Origin: Macrostomum lignano | Lineage: Eukaryota | Direction of reading: 5' to 3' | Assembly (NCBI GenBank): GCA_002269645.1 | Contig: NIVC01003723.1 | Span: 1-64,000 of the forward strand | Length of the DNA stretch: 64,000 nucleotides | In this document: piece after piece, positions 24,151-35,717 of the stretch | Layout of the letters: the number at the start of each line of letters is the position of its first letter | Position numbering within the stretch: position 1 is the first letter of the stretch | Program-made: the position numbers and the translations under genes | The notes under the pieces: generated by a model | Told to the model about the DNA's origin: nothing | Databases searched by the model: none | Seen by the model: only the letters and a program-made list of their open reading frames with translations

Positions 24151-26043
24151 TACACAGAGAGCCGTTTTTTCCATTACGAATCAATGGGTAAGTAAGGTAC
24201 CGAACCAACCGCTAGTGCTTTCTACAGAAATTGCAACTATTCTATCCACATTTCCATTCACAAAGAACGAAAGAAAAGATCTTTTTCATCAACCAACAAC
24301 CTCTCAACAGAAACACGATCTCTATCCGATGTATAGGCTAGGCAGGATAGCTGCGTTAGAAGAATCGAGGCAAGCAAATAAGTGTCGCAAGCCCGAGTTC
24401 CTTCCTAGACAATTTCATGCGAACGCTTACCACACACATCGAAGAGAGGGGCACGACTATAGCTGCGAGGAAAACGCAGACAAAAGCTTGAAAACCGAGA
24501 GCGAAAAGCCGAACGTTCACCCCCCCCCTCGCGAGAGTATGTACATCAAACCCAAATTTGAGGGGTGGGGTGTTGGGAGACGTGGCCTACGTTAGAAATC
24601 GGATTCCAACTGGACTAGTTCGCGCAAATGGGCTGCCTTCTTTACAAGAATGCCGAAGCCACGGAGCGCAAGTGCGCAACGCTAGGGCCATCGAGACCGA
24701 GAGCCTGCAATCCAGCCAGGAAAAAACAAGCGAAGCTCTTAAGTCCGTAGCCATTGCCTTTGACCGCACCGAGTCGTCAATCGCGCTATTAAGAAAGCCT
24801 GCTATACTGCAGCCATACTGATCTATAAATTTGTTAAGTTTTCGAGATGCCACAAGTAAGATACTCGTACTTTAAAGAAAATATGTCCAATTTTTAATTC
24901 CAAACTTATTCTTGAATTTTGCGTCAAAAATCCAGGAGCGGTACCGACTCGCCGGTCATTCGGTACATTCGGTTTATTTTAGCTATAAAAGAAATATACA
25001 AGAAACTAAAAAAACAGCGTACGTACAACAGTTGTTATTCAAAGCATACTCTACTAAATTACATCAATAGTCCAAAGTTTTAAGTATCGATTCAAACCTC
25101 AGCTTTTCTTCACTTAATTGTCCATCGTCAAATCAAAGTATTCCACCGACTTTATCTGAGCACTTCCTCCCTCGTGGATATTCAAAGCGATAGCCGTTAC
25201 TCCCGATCTGAACTATCTCCACACGAACATGTCCTTGTTTAAGGCATCCGATCGTGCATTCGTAGCCTGGTGGGGGTGTTAAATACCCCGTTTCTTCTTG
25301 CTGCAAGAAGTAGAAAGGCAGGACGTTACTGCAAGATCTTTTAAAGATTGTTTTGTTAAACACAAAGTCAAATATCTGCTTACCTTCTTTGACATATCGC
25401 TCTGCTAACGCTTTTCTTTCTTTCGACTTGTCCATTGCTACTATTGTTATTCAAAAAAATATTTTTCAAGAACGCGGCAAAGTTGGAATTGTTGGACTCC
25501 ATCTCTTCTCCTTTTATATACAAATTGTTTACACAGTGCCAGGGAATCCTCTTTGGTTGCTTCGCTTCCCCAGGAAGCGACACTCACTCTGGCCACCCCC
25601 TCCGCTGTACAAGGTTAAGTCTCGTTTTTCGAGCTGTGTGGGAAGAAGGGTCCAGTCCACAGACCACTAAGTATAACTAGACTGCGCATGTGGGGCAAGA
25701 AATGTGTGCCTCTTTCCAAGTAGGAAAAATGGCACCCCAGCTCCCACCCCCTCACGATCGATATTTTTGGCGTCCCTTCCCTTCCTACCCCTTGCAGTCA
25801 TTGGGCCCGCTGTATTAATTGTTGTCTTTTGCCATGGAACACGGATTGCTAACCATTTAACCAACTTTATGTGCAACTAGCAATTTAACAGTTTAAATTC
25901 AGTATTACTCGTATTTTACGATTTATTTATTAAAAACTAAAAAAACCGTACAAAAACGCTGGCAGACAAAATAAGACTCTTCGAGCTGATAGCATAGAAG
26001 CAATAATAAAAGTAGATGAATAGCTCACCTGGTTCCGAATAGA

Positions 26044-26523
26044 CTATAAATTAAGAAATATCGCTGCTCGAAGTAGTATCTGCCTCCTTCCGGGTCTTCT
26101 ACCTGCGCGAAAAAGTTCTTTAGCTTTAGCCTAGTTTTTTCATTCTGATATTTATGAAGAGCATGGCCATGACTCGAATTAAATGGAGCTTGTGCGACTC
26201 GATGCAGTGCTGCTCGCGGATGCCGAATTCGAGTCAAGCTCAGGGAACAGAACAGCTACGTCACTGGAGAATTGGCTGTTATAGCTGACACGTCGAATAA
26301 CAGACTCAGCACTGAGCAGCACACGGAAGACATCGCTGCTGGGAAAAATCAAGCCGCCAGTTCCTTCCTTCTTCAAAACATTCTTCAAGGCAACAAGTGA
26401 GCAAGGGGCACGAAAAGCTGGTGGCGTCTCGGAGCTGGCAGTCAGAGCTGACCTGCACAGAGCACATTCGACAACTTTCAACATGCTTTGCACAACTGCT
26501 CCGGCAATATAGTACACAATAGA
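26044..26523 (-). pseudogene. THAP9/P-element-like transposase C-terminal fragment, frameshifted
   Basis: SIVYYIAGAVV...CALCRSAL...GGLIFPSSDVFRVL, then in another frame SHKLHLIRVMAMLFINIRMKKL, then GRRQILLRAAIFLNL*. This is the motif order seen in P/THAP9 transposase C-termini. Acceptor TTTTCCAG at 26524. Confidence 0.7.
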
Positions 26524-26554
26524 CTGGAAAATCTCACAATTAGATGCATTCATA

Positions 26555-26900
26555 CAGTGTCTCACCCTCTCTCCGCTGTGTCTCACCCTCTAACCGCTGT
26601 GTCTCACCCTCTATTCACTGTGTCTCACCCTCTATTCACTGTGTCTCATCCTCTATCCACTGTGTCTCACCCTCTATCCGCTGTGTCTCACCCCTTATCC
26701 ACTGTGTCTGACCCTCTATCCACTGTGTCTCACCCTCTATCCACTGTGTCTCACCCTCTATTCACTGTGTCTCACCCTCTATCCACTGTGTCTCACCCTC
26801 TATCCACTGTGTCTCACCCTCTATCCACTGTGTCTCACCCTCTATCCACTGTGTCTCACCCTCTATCCACTGTGTCTCACCCTCTATTTGCTGTGTCTCA
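26555..26900 (+). repeat. 21-bp minisatellite (copy 2)
   Basis: Unit CCACTGTGTCTCACCCTCTAT. Confidence 0.92.
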
Positions 26901-27213
26901 CACTCCTATAAAGTTTTCCTACTGCTTTGTCGCACCTCCAATCATGCCCGTGTATGCTTCCACAGTTTTGCAATCGTTTTAAAAACAGATTAAATAAAAG
27001 CGGCACCCGGTCAAAGTAAGTTTCCTCTAGTAATTTGAGAAGTATTTAATTTCATTAAGTATATTTTTCATAATATTATTTTGCAATGAAATTTTCACAA
27101 CAGCATTATAACAGCATTAGTAACATTTAATAATCTTATTCTAACATACGGAAAAAACTACAGTAAATAAACCAAACACTAGAGCCAAAATCCAAATTTG
27201 AAACTGTTCAATA

Positions 27214-30200
27214 TTACTTCTCAACTCCGTTCACTGTCACGACTATGTTTCGAGAACCTGCGATGGGGCAAATTGGGGTTGATAACGCGAGTGTTGCGAG
27301 CAGTATGACACCAAAAAGTAACAGTCAGACTGAAGCTGAAAGTTTCATTAACAATCAATCCCAAAACTCAAAGATCCCCAATCCCAAAACTGAAAGATCC
27401 CTAATCACAAAACTAAAAGATCCCTAATCCCAAAACTCAAAGATCCCCAATCCCAAAACTCAAAGATCCCCAATCCCAAAACTCAAAGATCCCCAATCCC
27501 AAAACTCAAAGATCCCTAATCCCAAAACTAAAAGATCCCTAATCCCAAAACTCAAAGATCCCCAATCCCAAAACTGAAAGATCCCCAAATCCCAAAACTC
27601 AACGATCATGATTCCAAAACAGAAAGATCCCAATGCTAACTTATTGATACCAATCCTAAAACTCAAAGATCTCCGATTCCAAAAATCAAAGATACCAAAG
27701 ATCCCAGTGAAAAGCAGATTAGCGAGGCCAGACACAAAGCAGACTCACTTTTATGATTCCTGTGCTCGCACAACCAAATACCCTGCCAGGTGCCCAGGCA
27801 CATCTGGCCATTGCTGATGGGTATGGTGAGGCTGCAGCCAAGGATGGCAGCTTTGGCGTGCGCGGGCATGTCGTCGGGGCCTTCGCACGAGTGCTGATAG
27901 CGCTGGTCCTGGAGCGAATGAGTGCATGGGTTGATGACAGGGTCTCTAGATTAATAACAGGGTCTCTAGATTGATAACAGGGTCTCTAGATTGATAACAG
28001 GGTCTCTAGATTGATAATAGGGCCTCTAGATTGATAACACAGGATCTCTAGATTGATAACACAGGATCTCTGGATTGATAACACAGGATCTCTAGATTGA
28101 TAACACAGGATATCTAGATTGATAACACAGGATCTCTAGATTGATAACACAGGATCTCTAGATTGATAACACAGGATCTCTAGATTGATAACACAGGATA
28201 TCTAGATTGATAACACAGGATCTCTAGATTGATAACACATGATCTCTAGATTGATAATAGGGCCTCTAGATTGATAACACAGGATCTCTAGATTGATAAT
28301 AGGGCCTCTAGATTGATAACACAGGATCTCTAGATTGATAATAGGGCCTCTAGATTGATAACAGGGTCTCTAGATTGATAACAGGGTCTCTAGATTGATA
28401 ACAGGGTCTCTAGATTGATAACAGGGTCTCTAGATTGATAACAGGGTCTCTAGATTGATAATAGGGCCTCTAGATTGATAACACAGGATCTCTAGATTGC
28501 TAACAGGGTCTCCAAATTGATAACACAGGATCTCTAGATTGATAACACAGGATCTCTAGATTGATAACGGAATCGCTAGATTGCTAACAGGGTCTCCAAA
28601 TTGATAACACAGGATCTCTAGATTGATAACACAGGATCTCTAGATTGATAACGGAATCGCTAGATTGCTAACAGGGTCTCCAAATTGATAACACAGGATC
28701 TCTAGATTGATAACACAGGATCTCTAGATTGATAACACAGGGTCTCCAAATTGATAACACAGGATCTCTAGATTGATAACACAGGATCTCCAGATTGATA
28801 ACACAGGATCTCTAGATTGATAACACAGGATCTCTAGATTGATAACACAGGATCTCCAAATTGATAACACAGGATCTCCAAATTGATAACACAGGATCTC
28901 TAGATTGATAACACAGGATCTCTAGATTGATAACACAGGATCTCCAAATTGATAACACAGGATCTCCAAATTGATAACACAGGATCTCTAGATTGATAAC
29001 ACAGGATCTCCAAATTGATAACACAGGATCTCCAAATTGATAACACAGGATCTCTAGATTGATAACACAAGATCTCTAGATTGATAACACAGGATCTCCA
29101 GATTGATAACACAGGATCTCTAGATTGATAACACAGGATCTCTAGATTGATAACACAGGATCTCCAAATTGATAACACAGGATCTCTAGATTGATAACGG
29201 AATCGCTAGATTGCTAACAGGATCTCCAAATTGATAACACAGGATCTCTAGATTGATAACACAGGATCTCCAAATTGATAACACAGGATCTCCAAATTGA
29301 TAACACAGGATCTCTAGATTGATAACACAAGATCTCTAGATTGATAACACAGGATCTCTAGATTGATAACACAGGATCTCTAGATTGATAACACAGGATC
29401 TCTAGATTGATAACACAGGATCTCTAGATTGATAACACAGGATCTCTAGATTGATAACGGAATCGCTAGATTGCTAACAGGGTCTCCAAATTGATAACAC
29501 AGGATCTCTAGATTGATAACACAGGGTCTCCAAATTGATAACACAGGGTCTCCAAATTGATAACACAGGGTCTCCAAATTGATAACACAGGATCTCTAGA
29601 TTGATAACACAGGGTCTCCAAATTGATAACACAGGATCTCTAGATTGATAACACAGGGTCTCCAAATTGATAACACAGGATCTCCAAATTGATAACACAG
29701 GATCTCTAGATTGATAACACAGGGTCTCCAAATTGATAACACAGGGTCTCCAGATTGATAACACAGGATCTCTAGATTGATAACACAGGGTCTCCAAATT
29801 GATAACACAGGGTCTCCAGATTGATAACACAGGGTCTCCAAATTGATAACACAGGGTCTCCAAATTGATAACACAGGGTCTCCAAATTGATAACACAGGG
29901 TCTCCAAATTGATAACACAGGGTCTCCAAATTGATAACACAGGGTCTCCAGATTGATAACACAGGATCTCTAGATTGATAACACAGGATCTCCAGATTGA
30001 TAACACAGGATCTCTAGATTGATAACAGGGTCTCTAGATTGATAACACAGGATCTCTAGATTGATAACAGGGTCTCCAAATTGATAACACAGGGTCTCCA
30101 AATTGATAACACAGGGTCTCCAAATTGATAACACAGGGTCTCCAAATTGATAACAGGGTCTCCAAATTGATAACACAGGGTCTCCAAATTGATAACACAG

Positions 30201-33200
30201 GGTCTCCAAATTGATAACACAGGATCTCTAGATTGATAACACAGGATCTCTAGATTGATAACACAGGATCTCCAGATTGATAACACAGGATCTCTAGATT
30301 GATAACACAGGATCTCCAGATTGATAACACAGGGTCTCCAAATTGATAACACAGGGTCTCCAAATTAATAACACAGGATCTCTAGATTGATAACACAGGA
30401 TCTCCAGATTGATAACACAGGATCTCTAGATTGATAACAGGGTCTCTAGATTGATAACACAGGATCTCTAGATTGATAACAGGGTCTCTAGATTGATAAC
30501 ACAGGGTCTCCAAATTGATAACACAGGATCTCCAAATTGATAACACAGGATCTCCAAATTGATAACACAGGATCTCCAAATTGATAACACAGGATCTCCA
30601 AATTGATAACACAGGATCTCCAAATTGATAACACAGAATCTCTAGATTGATAACACAGGATCTCTGGATTGATAACACAGGGTCTCCAAATTGATAACAC
30701 AGGGTCTCTAGATTGATAACACAGGGTCTCCAAATTGATAACACAGGGTCTCCAAATTGATAACACAGGGTCTCTAGATTGATAACACAGGGTCTCTAAA
30801 TTGATAACACAGGATCTCTAGATTGATAACACAGGGTCTCCAAATTGATAACACAGGATCTCTAGATTGATAACAGGGTCTCTAGATTGATAACACAGGA
30901 TCTCTAGATTGATAACACAGGATCTCTAGATTGATAACACAGGATCTCTAGATTGATAACGGAATCGCTAGATTGCTAACAGGGTCTCCAAATTGATAAC
31001 ACAGGATCTCTAGATTAATAACACAGGATCTCTAGATTGATAACACAGGATCTCTAGATTGATAACGGAATCGCTAGATTGCTAACAGGGTCTCCAAATT
31101 GATAACACAGGATCTCCAGATTGATAACACAGGATCTCTAGATTGATAACACAGGATCTCCAAATTGATAACACAGGATCTCTAGATTGATAACACAGGA
31201 TCTCTAGATTGATAACACAGGATCTCCAAATTGATAACACAGGATCTCCAAATTGATAACACAGGATCTCTAGATTGATAACACAGGATCTCTAGATTGA
31301 TAACACAGGATCTCTAGATTGATAACACAGGATCTCTAGATTGATAACACAGGATCTCTAGATTGATAACACAGGATCTCCAAATTGATAACACAGGATC
31401 TCTAGATTGATAACACAGGATCTCTAGATTGATAACACAGGATCTCTAGATTGATAACACAGGATCTCTAGATTGATAACACAGGATCTCTAGATTGATA
31501 ACACAGGATCTCCAAATTGATAACACAGGATCTCCAAATTGATAACACAGGATCTCTAGATTGATAACACAGGATCTCCAGATTGATAACACAGGATCTC
31601 CAGATTGATAACACAGGATCTCTAGATTGATAACACAGGATCTCTAGATTGATAACACAGGATCTCCAAATTGATAACACAGGATCTCTAGATTGATAAC
31701 ACAGGGTCTCCAAATTGATAACACAGGATCTCCAAATTGATAACACAGGATCTCCAAATTGATAACACAGGATCTCCAAATTGATAACACAGGATCTCTA
31801 GATTGCTAACAGGGTCTCCAAATTGATAACACAGGATCTCTAGATTGCTAACAGGGTCTCCAAATTGATAACACAGGATCTCTAGATTGATAACACAGGA
31901 TCTCTAGATTGCTAACAGGGTCTCCAAATTGATAACACAGGATCTCTAGATTGATAACACAGGGTCTCCAAATTGATAACACAGGATCTCTAGATTGATA
32001 ACAGGGTCTCTAGATTGCTAACAGGGTCTCCAAATTAATAACACAGGATCTCTAGATTGATAACAGGGTCTCCAAATTGATAACACAGGATCTCTAGATT
32101 GCTAACAGGGTCTCCAAATTGATAACACAGGATCTCTAGATTGATAACAGGGTCTCTAGATTGCTAACAGGGTCTCCAAATTGATAACACAGGATCTCTA
32201 GATTGATAACACAGGATCTCTAGATTGATAACACAGGATCTCTAGATTGATAGCACAGGGTCTCTAGATTGCTAACACAGGATCTCTAGATTGATAACAC
32301 AGGATCTCTAGATTGATAACACAGGATCTCCAGATTGATAACACAGGATCTCTAGATTGATAACACAGGGTCTCCAAATTGATAACACAGGATCTCTAGA
32401 TTGATAACACAGGGTCTCTAGATTGATAACACAGGATCTCTAGATTGATAACACAGGATCTCCAGATTGATAACACAGGGTCTCTAGATTGATAACACAG
32501 GATCTCTAGATTGATAACACAGGATCTCTAGATTGATAACACAGGGTCTCCAAATTGATAACACAGGATCTCCAAATTGATAACACAGGATCTCTAGATT
32601 GATAACACAGGATCTCTAGATTGATAACACAGGATCTCCAAATTGATAACACAGGATCTCTAGATTGCTAACACAGGATCTCTAGATTGATAACACAGGA
32701 TCTCTAGATTGATAACACAGGATCTCTAGATTGATAACACAGGATCTCTAGATTGATAACACAGGGTCTCTAGATTGATAACACAGGATCTCTAGATTAA
32801 TAACACAGGGTCTCCAAATTGATAACACAGGATCTCTAGATTGATAACACAGGATCTCTAGATTAATAACACAGGATCTCTAGATTGATAACACAGGATC
32901 TCTAGATTGATAACACAGGATCTCTAGATTGATAACACAGGGTCTCTAGATTGATAACAGGGTCTCCAGAAAGGATTTGAAACAACTAGTTCAGTTGTAA
33001 AGAAGGAAGAGTAGAAAGCTTTTTACTTACCTCTGGTACAAGACGATTCAATATCATTTCCATATCAGTTCTAAAAGTTAGAAAATATAAAAAAATCAGG
33101 CACTATCCAACACCACAAACCAAAAGTACACAATATACTCACTTAACGGATGCATCCCAGGACTAAAATTGGAATGATGAGAAATGTACTTTAATAAACA

Positions 33201-33579
33201 TTGACGTGTTATAGATTTTCAGTTTTCAGGAACCTCAGGCCACCAGAAGTGCATTTGGCCCCTATCTTTAAGCGTAAAAAAGATTGATTGACTTACTTCG
33301 TTCAAGCACAAACTTGCAGAGGTATGCTGAACTGAAAGTACAGCGTGAAAGTTGATAATGACAGGTCATGAAATGCTTGAAATACTTTAGTATATTGAAA
33401 TAGTTTCAATATTATGAGAACGATCAACTCACGCAACAAGTTGACGGTTCCAATTTTGATTTTAGCAATCTCTGGTACAGACTTGATTAGATCCGTGATG
33501 TAGTGACAGCCTCGAGATTTGCCTGACACCTTCAGCACCGTCTGGTACCAGACTGTAGCACCGCTGACTGCGGCGGAGA
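27214..33579 (-). CDS. yjbQ: YjbQ/UPF0047 family protein (secondary thiamine-phosphate synthase-like)
   Basis: Exons (minus strand) about 33579-33433, 33331-33297, 33162-33143, 33070-33031, 27908-27749 and 27257-27214 join in phase. They give ...WYQTVLKVSGKSRGCHYITD...LLLQHTSASLCLNESWDASVKTDMEMILNRLVPEDQRYQHSCEGPDDMPAHAK...LGTWQGIWLCEHRNHKSSRNIVVTVNGVEK*, which has the diagnostic UPF0047 motifs (HTSASL, EGxDDMPAH, GTWQGI). The start exon is uncertain (possibly 34192-34172 plus 34115-34106). Confidence 0.92.
27355..27700 (+). repeat. 21-22 bp minisatellite, last yjbQ intron
   Basis: Unit AATCCCAAAACTCAAAGATCCC(C). Confidence 0.85.
27945..32970 (+). repeat. 5-kb 20-22 bp satellite filling one yjbQ intron
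   Basis: Unit TCTAGATTGATAACACAGGATC with a CCAAATT variant; source of the spurious LSIWRSCVINLE ORFs. Confidence 0.95.
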
Positions 33580-33719
33580 CTTTCGATGAGTTTGACAGAA
33601 ATAGTGCCGTCTTGCTTTAGTTGCTTGTATTACTGGTATCTTTAAAACTTGTCGTTCTTAATTTTTAATATCGCTTTGTTTTAGTTTTTGTATAAAACAC
33701 AGGGTCTCTGGGGGAAGTG

Positions 33720-34095
33720 GACTGTCAGGAGAGACTGAGAAATGTCAGGAAAGGCTTAAAGATGCGGGAAAGGCTTAGAAATGTCAGGAAAGGCTTAGAG
33801 ACATCAGGAGAGGCTTAGAGATGTCAGGAGAGGCTTAGAGATGTCAGAAGAGGCTTAGAGATGTCAGGAGAGGCTCAGAGATGTCAGGAGAGACTTAGAG
33901 ATGTCAGGAGAGGCTTAGAGATGTCAGGAGAGACTTAGAGATGTCAGAAATGCTTAGAGGTGTCAAGACAGGCTGAGAAACGTCAGGACAGACTTAAAAA
34001 TGTCAGGAAAGGCTGAGAGGTGTCAGGAGAGGCTTATAGATAACAGGAGAGTTCTAGAGATGTCAAGAAAATCTTACAGATGTCAGGAGAGGCTT
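33720..34095 (+). repeat. 20-bp minisatellite near the yjbQ 5' end
   Basis: Unit GAGATGTCAGGAGAGGCTTA. Confidence 0.85.
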
Positions 34096-34920
34096 GTAAT
34101 ATTACCTAAATAACGCTGTAAACTGTCTTTGCGACAAAAATGATTTAATTCGAAAAAAACAGGAAACTCACAATCTCACAATATGACAACATTTATGATG
34201 ATTTGGCCACACGCGATGAACTGCGCATGGCGGTGCTCCAATAATATACATCAGTAGCAGTAGCATATATATTTCAACCACATATCAATATTACAAGTAG
34301 ACAAAGCTTTATTTCAAGCAGTTGAAGCAAAAATAGGGATTATACTTGTACTATTAATTTTCTGAAACACTCACGAGGCTCTAAATTAATTTAATATCTT
34401 TAATGACCCAAGCGAACTTACCAAACACCGGATACTGTATGTATTACATTCTCTGGAAGGCATATCGTATAATAATTGTACATTATTAAGATGGACCCTA
34501 AACTGCAGCAGACAATGCGTCTCGTGCTGTACATTAAACGCCCAAAACCGAAGAAGGAAGGTTGCATAACAAATATAACAAAATACACGGCAAAATAATC
34601 ATGCATAGGGAAAGAGCGGAGAGACAGAGGGACATTTTGAAAGCTGAAAGAAACTCAATTAAAATCAAACACTTAAAGCTGGATAAAACAAATATTTGAT
34701 TTGAAACAACATACTACTCAATATCGATTTTTATCGAGTAGTTAATAGGTATTTTTATAGCAAAATATATGCACCGAGTTTTGGCATTGAAGAGTCAACT
34801 GAATACGCATCAAGCATCAGGGAGAGGAGAGAGAGAGAAGATGGGGAGGAGAGGAGAGAGAGGAGAGATGCTCCCGCACACCTCCACCCAGTGGAAGTAG
34901 CTACAGTACTGGGTTGCTAG

Positions 34921-35118
34921 GGGGGGGGGCCGTAGCCCAGCGGTAGCGCAGCTGCTCTGGTGTGCCGCGACCCAGGCTCGATTCCAAGTGCAGCCACATT
35001 AATTTGGGGCTGAATTGGAATCTCGGCTTGGCTCGCTCGTGCAATTAACGGCCTTGAGAGCCAACCCCCCCCCCCCCCAAGGCGCAGTGAAGTGTACATG
35101 CCTAACAATAAATAAAGT
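34921..35118 (+). mobile_element. tRNA-derived SINE-like element
   Basis: Pol III A box TAGCCCAGCGG (34933-34943) and B box GGCTCGATTCC (34975-34985), followed by a non-tRNA body and an A-rich tail (AATAAATAAAG). No complete cloverleaf. Confidence 0.6.
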
Positions 35119-35717
35119 TAGGGCCGCTGTACACTCCTGTGGAGTGTGTGCCTGCGTAACGTATCCGCGCGCTTGTATGCCTGCTCAGGGGAGTCGGCGG
35201 AATGGGCAGTAATGCCTCTCGCCGGTTGTGTGCCAATGACGCTTAAATTGCGCCAGGGTGCACACAACCCCCCTGCCTCTAATAAAAAAAACTGGGTTGC
35301 TATCACCGATATGTATCGTTAATAAGTTTATACACTCCGGAGTGAAAATTGGACTTTTTAGACTTGACAACAAAGGCTGGGGGACAATGAAATAATTAAA
35401 GATACAACAGAAAGCACGCAAAAAATTAATTTAACCGTAAAAGCCTCAAAGTCATGCAGCAGAGAAGGCACAGATACTAGAATGTTTAAATATGGTACTA
35501 GCGAAAGATGCGTTTATCTACTCCGTTTTCAGTAGCATAACTAGAATTTTTGTGTTTTTTTAAACTTGGACTTTCTATAACCAGACTCATGCAACTTGGC
35601 ATACTTCAGCATATACTTCAGCAGTGTTTTCCTATTCAATTGTGTAAACTGAGCAAAAGTACTTATTCTAGAATCTGTGCAGAAAATCAACAAAGTTAGT
35701 AACAATATACATGTAGG

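Noticed and set aside
21300-27014. 13-bp inverted match TTGACCGGGTGCC / GGCACCCGGTCAA as TIRs of a 5.7-kb composite transposon
   Set aside because: The match does not extend and there is no TSD; insufficient evidence.
27214-33579. yjbQ as bacterial contamination or recent horizontal transfer
   Set aside because: It has at least five spliceosomal introns with host-type minisatellites, and the UPF0047 family is also known from eukaryotes. A phylogeny would be needed to claim transfer.
34921-35000. tRNA gene
   Set aside because: A and B boxes are present but acceptor and anticodon stems do not pair convincingly; better explained as a SINE head.
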